A stretch of 64,000 bases of DNA from assembly GCF_009914755.1 (NCBI RefSeq), contig NC_060948.1, one strand, 5' to 3'. The DNA is from the human T2T-CHM13v2.0 reference genome, Homo sapiens. This document shows positions 54,512 to 64,000 of the stretch, in pieces. The first letter of the stretch is position 1. The number at the start of each line of letters is the position of its first letter. A model generated the notes under the pieces. It made no database searches. It was not told where the DNA came from and saw only the letters and a program-made list of their open reading frames with translations. The translations under genes and the position numbers were made by a program.

Positions 54512-57500
54512 CCTGGAATAAAGTGGAATGCTACGGTCTCGAATGGAATAAAAATGTATGGAATGGAATGCAATGAAACGGAATCGAATGTCATAGAATG
54601 TAATGGAATGCAAAAAAATGGACTCCAAAATCATTGACTGGAAAGGCTGGGTGTCGAAAGGAATTGACTCCAATGGAATGGAATCGAATGGAATGGAAGT
54701 GAATAGAATCGAACTAAATCGAATGGAATGGAATTGATAGGAACGGAATGGAAAGGAATGCAATGATTTGGCATGGAATGGAATCGAATGGCATCGAATG
54801 GAATGGAATGGAATGCAATAGAATGGAATGTATTAGAATGTAATGAACTTTAATGGAATGTACTCGAATGGATTCGACTGGAATGGAATGTTCTCGAAGT
54901 GAACGGACTCCAATGGAATGGATTCGAAAGGAATGGAAACTAATGGAATGGAATTAAACGGAAATGAATCAAATAGAATAGAACGGAATTGAATTGAATG
55001 GAATCGAATGCAATGGAATCTAATGAAACGGAAAGGAATGGAATGGAATGGGCTGGAATGGAATGGAATCGAAACGAATGGAATGGAATCGAACTGAAGA
55101 GACTGGAATGGAATGCACTGGAATGGAAGGGAATGTAATGGAAGGTTCTCGAAAAAAATGGAATCGAAAGGAATGGAATTGAATGGAACGGAATAGAGTC
55201 GAATGGAATTGAATGGAATGGAATGGACTAGAGTGAAATGGAATCGAACCACAAGGAATGGACAGGAATAGAATGGTCTCGAATTGAATGGAATCGTATG
55301 GAATGGCATCAAACGGAATGGAATGGACAGCCACGGAATGGAATGGACACCCACGGAATGGAATGCACTCGAATGCAATGGAGTCGACACTAATGGACTG
55401 GAATAGAATGGACTCGACTGGTACGGACTCCAATGGAATGGAATCGAATGGAAGGGAATCGAAAGGAATGGACTCGAAGGGAAAAGACTGCAATGGAAAG
55501 GTCTCCAATGGAATGGAAATTAATGGAATGGAATGGAATCGAATGAAATGGAGTCAAAAGGAATGGAATCGAATGGCAAGAAATCGAATGTAATGGAATC
55601 GCAAGGAATTGATGTGAACGGAACGGAATGGAATGGAATCCAAAGGAATGGAATAGAATGGAATGGAATCGAATGGAAAGGACTCGAATGGAAATCACTC
55701 GAATAGAATGCAATTTAATAAAATAGGATCAAATGTAATGGAATGGAATGGAAAGGAATCGAAACGAAAGGAATGGAGACAGATGGAATGGAATGGAACA
55801 GAGAGCAATGGTATAGAATGGAATGGAATCATCTGGAATGGAATTGAATGGAATGGAATAATATGAAATGGAATGGAATGGAATGGAATGCCCTTGAATT
55901 AAATGGACTGGAATGCAATGGACTCGAACAGAGTGGAATGGAAAGTGTTGAAATAGAATGGAATGGACTCGTTTGGAATGGTCTAGTATGCAATGCAATC
56001 GACTGGCAGGGAATCAAAAGGAATGTAATCGAATGGATTGGACTGGAATGCAATGGACTCGAATAGATTGGAAACGGAAAGCAAAGGAATGGAATGGAAT
56101 AGTATGGAATGGAATGCAAAGGAATGGAGTGGAATAGACTAGAGTGGAATGGAATGGACTGGAAAGCAATGGACTGGAATGGAACTTTCTTGAATGGACT
56201 GGAATCAAACGGAATGGAATGCAATGCAATCAAATGGCATGGAATAAAATAGAATGAAAGAGAATCAAATGGAATTGAATCGAATGGAATCGAATGGATT
56301 GGAAAGGAATAGAATGGAATGGAATGGAATTGACTCAAATGGAATGGACTAGAATGGAATGGATTCGAATGGAAGGCAAAGGAATGGAATCTATTGGAAT
56401 GGACTGTAATGGAATGGAATGGAAGGGATTGGAATGGACTCGAATGGAATGGACTGCAGTAGAAAGGATTCGAATGGAATGAAAAAGAATTGAATGGAAT
56501 AGAACAGAATGGAATCAAATCGAATGTAATGGAATGGAATAGAAAGGAATGGAATGAAATGGAATGGAAAGGATTCGAATGGAATGCAATCGAATGGAAT
56601 GCAATCGAATGGAATGGAATCGAACGGAATGGAATAAAATGGAAGAAAACTGGCAAGAAATGGAATCGAAATGAATGGAGTGTTATGGAACGGACTCAAA
56701 AGGAATTGAATGTAATAGAATGGAGTGGAGTGGACTCGAATATAATGGACTGGAATGGAATGAAATCACATGGAATGGGAACGAATGGAATGGAATGGAA
56801 AGGAATGGAATCGAATGCAAAGGAATCGAATGGAAGGGAATGAAATTGAATCAACAGGAATGGAAGGGAGTAGAATAGACGGTAATGGAATGGACTCGAA
56901 TAGAATGGACACGAATGCTCAAATTGAATGGACTCGAATGGAATGGAAACGAAAGGAATGTCATCGAATGGAATTGAATCGATTGGAATGAAATCACATA
57001 GAATGGAGTGGAATCAAATGGAATTGAATCGAAAGGAAAGGAAGCGAATGGACTGAAATGAAATGGAATGGAATTGAATGGAAATTAATTCAATGGAATA
57101 GAATGGAACGAAATTTCACGGAATGGAATCAAACTGAATGGAATCAAATCAATGGAATATAATCAAATGGAATGGAAAGGAATTGAATGGAGTAGATTGA
57201 ATTGCATGGGATTGGAATGAAATGTACTGGAAAGGACTCGAATTTCATGAAACGGAATGGAATGAATTAGAACGGAATGGACTCGAATGGAATGGAATGT
57301 CATGGAATGGCATCAAATGGAATGGAATCGAATGCGATGGAATGCTATGGAATGGAATGGAATGCATTGGAATGGAATGTCCTCTAATGGAATGGATTCG
57401 AGTGGAATGGAATCGAATATAATGGAGTCTAATGAAATGGAATTGAAAGGAATGGGACCGAATACAATGGAATATACTGGAATGTAATGTAATGAACTCG

Positions 57501-58045
57501 AATGTAATTGACTGGAATGGAATGTACATGAATGGAATGTAATCGAATGGAAAGCAATCCAATGGAATAGAATCTAATGCAATAAAATCGACTCAAATAG
57601 AGTAGAATGTAATGGAATGGAGTGCAGTGCAATGGAATAGAATGGAATGGAATGCAATGGAATGGAATGGAATGGAATAGGATGGAATGGTATGGAATGG
57701 ATAGTAATGGACTGGAGTGAAATGGACTGGAAAAGAATGGACTCAAATTGAAAGGGCTCGAAAGGAATGGAGTCAAATGGAATGGTCTGGAATGGAATAA
57801 ACACGAATGTAATGCAATCCAATAGAATGGAATCGAATGGCATGGAATATAAAGAAATGGAATCGAAGAGAATGGAAACAAATGGAATGGAATTGAATGG
57901 AATGGAATTGAATGGAATGGGAACGAATGGAGTGAAATTGTATGCAGTAGAAGAGAATAGAATGGAATGCAAGCGAAAGGAAAGGAATGGATTGGAATGG
58001 AATGGAATTCATTGGAATGGAAGGGAATGTAGTGTAATGGACAGG
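54512..58045 (-). repeat. DYZ1: DYZ1 monomer, 3534 bp
   Basis: GGCC at 54510 and 58044. Confidence 0.9.
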
Positions 58046-61000
58046 CCTGGAATAAAGTGGAATGCTACGGTCTCGAATGGAATAAAAATGTATGGAACGG
58101 AATGCAATGAAACGGAATCGAATGTCATAGAATGTAATGGAATGCAAAAAAATGGACTCCAAAATCATTGACTGGAAAGGCTGGGTGTCGAAAGGAATTG
58201 ACTCCAATGGAATGGAATCGAATGGAATGGAAGTGAATAGAATCGAACTAAATCGAATGGAATGGAATTGATAGGAACGGAATGGAAAGGAATGCAATGA
58301 TTTGGCATGGAATGGAATCGAATGGCATCGAATGGAATGGAATGGAATGCAATGGAATGGAATGTATTAGAATGTAATGAACTTTAATGGAATGTACTGG
58401 AATGGATTCGACTGGAATGGAATGTTCTCGAAGTGAATGGACTCCAATGGAATGGATTCGAAAGGAATGGAATCTAATGGAATGGAATTAAATGGAAATG
58501 AATCAAATTGAATAGAACGGAATTGAATTGAATGGAATCGAATGCAATGGAATCTAATGAAACGGAAAGGAAAGGAATGGAATGGATTGGAATGGAATGG
58601 GCTGGAATGGAATGGAATCGAAACGAATGGAATGGAATCGAACTGAAGAGACTGGAATGGAATGCACTGGAATGGAAGGGAATGTAATGGAAGGTTCTCG
58701 AAAAAAATGGAATCGAAAGGAATGGAATTGAATGGAACGGAATAGAGTCGAATGGAATTCAATGGAATGGAATGGACTAGAGTGAAATGGAATCGAACCA
58801 CAAGGAATGGACAGGAATAGAATGGTCTCGAATTGAATGGAATCGTATGGAATGGCATCAAACGGAATGGAATGGACAGCCACGGAATGGAATGGACACC
58901 CACGGAATGGAATGCACTCGAATGCAATGGAGTCGACACTAATGGACTGGAATAGAATGGACTCGACTGGTACGGACTCCAATGGAATGGAATCGAATGG
59001 AAGGGAATCGAAAGGAATGGACTCGAAGGGAAAAGACTGCAATGGAAAGGTCTCCAATGGAATGGAAATTAATGGAATGGAATGGAATCGAATGAAATGG
59101 AGTCAAAAGGAATGGAATCGAATGGCAAGAAATCGAATGTAATGGAATCGCAAGGAATTGATGTGAACGGAACGGAATGGAATGGAATCCAAAGGAATGG
59201 AATAGAATGGAATGGAATCGAATGGAAAGGACTCGAATGGAAATCACTCGAATAGAATGCAATTTAATAAAATAGGATCAAATGTAATGGAATGGAATGG
59301 AAAGGAATCGAAACGAAAGGAATGGAGACAGATGGAATGGAATGGAACAGAGAGCAATGGTATAGAATGGAATGGAATCATCTGGAATGGAATTGAATGG
59401 AATGGAATAATATGAAATGGAATGGAATGGAATGGAATGCCCTTGAATTAAATGGACTGGAATGCAATGGACTCGAACAGAGTGGAATGGAAAGTGTTGA
59501 AATAGAATGGAATGGACTCGTTTGGAATGGTCTAGTATGCAATGCAATCGACTGGCAGGGAATCAAAAGGAATGTAATCGAATGGATTGGACTGGAATGC
59601 AATGGACTCGAATAGATTGGAAGCGGAAAGCAAAGGAATGGAATGGAATAGTATGGAATGGAATGCAAAGGAATGGAGTGGAATAGACTAGAGTGGAATG
59701 GAATGGACTCGAAAGCAATGGACTGGAATGGAACTTTCTTGAATGGACTGGAATCAAACGGAATGGAATGCAATGCAATCAAATGGCATGGAATAAAATA
59801 GAATGAAAGAGAATCAAATGGAATTGAATCGAATGGAATCGAATGGATTGGAAAGGAATAGAATGGAATGGAATGGAATTGACTCAAATGGAATGGACTA
59901 GAATGGAATGGATTCGAATGGAAGGCAAAGGAATGGAATCTATTGGAATGGACTGTAATGGAATGGAATGGAAGGGATTGGAATGGACTCGAATGGAATG
60001 CGCTGCAATAGAAAGGATTCGAATGGAATGAAAAAGAATTGAATGGAATAGAACAGAATGGAATCAAATCGAATGAAATGGAATGGAATAGAAAGGAATG
60101 GAATGAAATGGAATGGAAAGGATTCGAATGGAATGCAATCGAATGGAATGCAATCGAATGGAATGGAATCGAACGGAATGGAATAAAATGGAAGAAAACT
60201 GGCAAGAAATGGAGTCGAAATGAATGGAGTGTTATGGAACGGACTCAAAAGGAATTGAATGTAATAGAATGGAGTGGAGTGGACTCGAATATAATGGACT
60301 GGAGTGGAATGAAATCACATGGAATGGGAACGAATGGAATGGAATGGAAAGGAATGGAATCGAATGGAAAGGAATCGAATGGAAGGGAATGAAATTGAAT
60401 CAACAGGAATGGAAGGGAGTAGAATAGACGGTAATGGAATGGACTCGAATAGAATGGACACGAATGCTCAAATTGAATGGACTCGAATGGAATGGAAACG
60501 AAAGGAATGTCATCGAATGGAATTGAATCTATTGGAATGAAATCACATAGAATGGAGTGGAATCAAATGGAATTGAATCGAAAGGAAAGGAAGCGAATGG
60601 ACTGAAATGAAATGGAATGGAATTGAATGGAAATTAATGCAATGGAATAGAATGGAACGAAATTTCACGGAATGGAATCAAACTGAATGGAATCAAATCA
60701 ATGGAATATAATCAAATGGAATGGAAAGGAATTGAATGGAGTAGATTGGATTGGATGGGATTGGAATGAAATGTACTGGAAAGGACTCGAATTTCATGAA
60801 ACGGAATGGAATGAATTAGAACGGAATGGACTCGAATGGAATGGAATGTCATGGAATGGCATCAAATGGAATGGAATCGAATGCGATGGAATGCTATGGA
60901 ATGGAATGGAATGCATTGGAATGGAATGTCCTCTAATGGAATGGATTCGAGTGGAATGGAATCGAATATAATGGAGTCTAATGAAATAGAATTGAAAGGA

Positions 61001-61594
61001 ATGGGACCGAATACAATGGAATATACTGGAATGTAATGTAATGAACTCGAATGTAATTGACTGGAATGGAATGTACATGAATGGAATGTAATCGAATGGA
61101 AAGCAATCCAATGGAATAGAATCTAATGCAATAAAATCGAGTCAAATAGAGTAGAATGTAATGGAATGGAGTGCAGTGCAATGGAATGGAATGGAATGGA
61201 ATGCAATGGAATGGAATGGAATGGAATGGGATGGAATGGTATGGAATGGATAGTAATGGACTGGAGTGAAATGGACTGGAAAAGAATGGACTCAAATAGA
61301 AAGGGCTCGAAAGGAATGGAGTCAAATGGAATGGTCTGGAATGGAATGAACACGAATGTAATGCAATCCAATAGAATGGAATCGAATGGCATGGAATATA
61401 AAGAAATGGAATCGAAGAGAATGGAAACAAATGGAATGGAATTGAATGGAATGGAATTGAATGGAATGGGAACGAATGGAGTGAAATTGTATGCAGTAGA
61501 AGAGAATAGAATGGAATGCAAGCGAAAGGAAAGGAATGGATTGGAATGGAATGGAATTCATTGGAATGGAAGGGAATGTAGTGTAATGGACAGG
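58046..61594 (-). repeat. DYZ1: DYZ1 monomer, 3549 bp
   Basis: GGCC at 58044 and 61593. Confidence 0.9.
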
Positions 61595-64000
61595 CCTGGA
61601 ATAAAGTGGAATGCTACGGTCTCGAATGGAATAAAAATGTATGGAATGGAATGCAATGAAACGGAATCGAATGTCATAGAATGTAATGGAATGCAAAAAA
61701 ATGGACTCCAAAATCATTGACTGGAAAGGCTGGGTGTCGAAAGGAATTGACTCCAATGGAATGGAATCGAATGGAATGGAAGTGAATAGAATCGAACTAA
61801 ATCGAATGGAATGGAATTGATAGGAACGGAATGGAAAGGAATGCAATGATTTGGCATGGAATGGAATCGAATGGCATCGAATGGAATGGAATGGAATGCA
61901 ATGGAATGGAATGTATTAGAATGTAATGAACTTTAATGGAATGTACTCGAATGGATTCGACTGGAATGGAATGTTCTGGAAGTGAATGGACTCCAATGGA
62001 ATGGATTCGAAAGGAATGGAAACTAATGGAATGGAATTAAACGGAAATGAATCAAATAGAATAGAACGGAATTGAATTGAATGGAATCGAATGCAATGGA
62101 ATCTAATGAAACGGAAAGGAATGGAATGGAATGGGCTGGAATGGAATGGAATCGAAACGAATGGAATGGAATCGAACTGAAGAGACTGGAATGGAATGCA
62201 CTGGAATGGAAGGGAATGTAATGGAAGGTTCTCGAAAAAAATGGAATCGAAAGGAATGGAATTGAATGGAACGGAATAGAGTCGAATGGAATTCAATGGA
62301 ATGGAATGGACTAGAGTGAAATGGAATCGAACCACAAGGAATGGACAGGAATAGAATGGTCTCGAATTGAATGGAATCGTATGGAATGGCATCAAACGGA
62401 ATGGAATGGACAGCCACGGAATGGAATGGACACCCACGGAATGGAATGCACTCGAATGCAATGGAGTCGACACTAATGGACTGGAATAGAATGGACTCGA
62501 CTGGTACGGACTCCAATGGAATGGAATCGAATGGAAGGGAATCGAACGGAATGGACTCGAAGGGAAAAGACTGCAATGGAAAGGTCTCGAATGGAATGGA
62601 AATTAATGGAATGGAATGGAATCGAATGAAATGGAGTCAAAAGGAATGGAATCGAATGGCAAGAAATCGAATGTAATGGAATCGCAAGGAATTGATGTGA
62701 ACGGAACGGAATGGAATGGAATCCAAAGGAATGGAATAGAATGGAATGGAATCGAATGGAAAGGACTCGAATGGAAATCACTCGAATAGAATGCAATTTA
62801 ATAAAATAGGATCAAATGTAATGGAATGGAATGGAAAGGAATCGAAACGAAAGGAATGGAGACAGATGGAATGGAATGGAACAGAGAGCAATGGTATAGA
62901 ATGGAATGGAATCATCTGGAATGGAATTGAATGGAATGGAATAATATGAAATGGAATGGAATGGAATGGAATGCCCTTGAATTAAATGGACTGGAATGCA
63001 ATGGACTCGAACAGAGTGGAATGGAAAGTGTTGAAATAGAATGGAATGGACTCGTTTGGAATGGTCTAGTATGCAATGCAATCGACTGGCAGGGAATCAA
63101 AAGGAATGTAATCGAATGGATTGGACTGGAATGCAATGGACTCGAATAGATTGGAAACGGAAAGCAAAGGAATGGAATGGAATAGTATGGAATGGAATGC
63201 AAAGGAATGGAGTGGAATAGACTAGAGTGGAATGGAATGGACTCGAAAGCAATGGACTGGAATGGAACTTTCTTGAATGGACTGGAATCAAACGGAATGG
63301 AATGCAATGCAATCAAATGGCATGGAATAAAATAGAATGAAATAGAATCAAATGGAATTGAATCGAATGGAATCGAATGGATTGGAAAGGAATAGAATGG
63401 AATGGAATGGAATTGACTCAAATGGAATGGACTAGAATGGAATGGATTCGAATGGAAGGCAAAGGAATGGAATCTATTGGAATGGACTGTAATGGAATGG
63501 AATGGAAGGGATTGGAATGGACTCGAATGGAATGGACTGCAGTAGAAAGGATTCGAATGGAATGAAAAAGAATTGAATGGAATAGAACAGAATGGAATCA
63601 AATCGAATGAAATGGAATAGAATAGAAAGGAATGGAATGAAATGGAATGGAAAGGATTCGAATGGAATGCAATCGAATGGAATGCAATCGAATGGAATGG
63701 AATCGAACGGAATGGAATAAAATGGAAGAAAACTGGCAAGAAATGGAATCGAAATGAATGGAGTGTTATGGAACGGACTCAAAAGGAATTGAATGTAATA
63801 GAATGGAGTGGAGTGGACTCGAATATAATGGACTGGAATGGAATGAAATCACATGGAATGGGAACGAATGGAATGGAATGGAAAGGAATGGAATCGAATG
63901 CAAAGGAATCGAATGGAAGGGAATGAAATTGAATCAACAGGAATGGAAGGGAGTAGAATAGACGGTAATGGAATGGACTCGAATAGAATGGACACGAATG
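61595..64000 (-). repeat. DYZ1: Partial DYZ1 monomer (window end)
   Basis: Same landmarks continue to the end of the window. Confidence 0.9.

Larger units (their letters stand above)
1..64000. repeat. DYZ1: Human Satellite 3 array, DYZ1 (HSat3A6) type, Yq12 heterochromatin; about 18 head-to-tail ~3.55 kb monomers of degenerate GGAAT pentamers
   Basis: Seen: GGAAT with CGAAT/GGACT/TGAAT/GCAAT variants throughout. The landmark GGACAGGCCTGGAATAAAGTGG recurs with GGCC at 1509, 5078, 8617, 12140, 15694, 19233, 22771, 26285, 29798, 33337, 36851, 40364, 43878, 47427, 50961, 54510, 58044 and 61593. Knowledge: DYZ1 is a ~3.56 kb HaeIII/EcoRI-defined HSat3 unit, and the published unit as I recall it starts CCTGTCCATTACACTACATTCCC, the reverse complement of the bases ending at 1510. 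Confidence 0.95.
42500..64000. repeat. Dimeric higher-order repeat, period 7,083 bp (3549+3534), about three copies
   Basis: Alternating monomer lengths; diagnostic ORFs at 43601/50684/57767 and 47000/54083/61166. Confidence 0.88.

Noticed and set aside
9-63961. Hundreds of 60-275 aa ORFs (MEWNG-rich on +, FHSIP-rich on -), including a recurrent 229-275 aa minus-strand ORF such as 2848-3660
   Set aside because: They are direct translations of (GGAAT)n/(ATTCC)n, which contain no stop codon in pure form. They overlap in several frames, show no domain-like content, and gain or lose stops freely between monomers.
1-64000. CRISPR-like or retron/RT-associated repeat-spacer system
   Set aside because: There are no unique spacers, no cas/RT/transposase gene and no non-satellite sequence; the periodicity is whole-monomer tandem repetition.
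1-64000. DYZ2 (HSat1B/Alu) block, Alu/L1 insertion or array inversion
   Set aside because: No AT-rich or Alu segment and no switch to ATTCC orientation is visible; monomer landmarks are evenly spaced throughout.
1-64000. HSat2 or chr9-type HSat3 identity
   Set aside because: The 3.55 kb period, the single HaeIII site with nearby EcoRI site and the DYZ1 landmark sequence fit DYZ1. The HSat2 CATTCGATTC-with-ATG 23/26-bp organisation is not seen.
1-64000. G-quadruplex or telomere-like function of the G-rich strand
   Set aside because: Runs are mostly GG with only isolated GGG, and there is no TTAGGG. GGAAT fold-back structures are a known generic HSat3 property with nothing specific here.
1-64000. 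Source of the reported Yq12 testis non-coding or trans-spliced RNA
   Set aside because: I cannot locate exon boundaries or match the transcript from sequence alone; this needs alignment of the cDNA to the window.

Overview
The whole 64 kb window is one uninterrupted, single-orientation array of degenerate (GGAAT)n pentamers (human Satellite 3). It is organised as about 18 tandem monomers of 3.51-3.57 kb, each with a single AGGCCT/GGCC (StuI/HaeIII) landmark about 40 bp downstream of an EcoRI site. Unit size, landmarks and flanking sequence match the Y-chromosome DYZ1 (HSat3A6) repeat of Yq12 heterochromatin, read on the G-rich strand. I see no protein-coding genes, RNA genes, transposons, DYZ2 blocks or inversions; the listed ORFs are translation artefacts of the pentamer repeat. 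I did not find a new gene system. The points of interest are structural or regulatory: (i) three perfect, in-register heat-shock elements (nGAAnnTTCnnGAAn) per monomer, intact at 51 of 54 positions; (ii) nested higher-order duplications with 10,616-bp, 10,566-bp and 7,083-bp periods; (iii) four fixed pentamer phase breaks per monomer, with length variation quantised in 5/15/20 bp steps; (iv) mosaic monomers suggestive of gene conversion. All counts and coordinates were read by eye and should be confirmed computationally.
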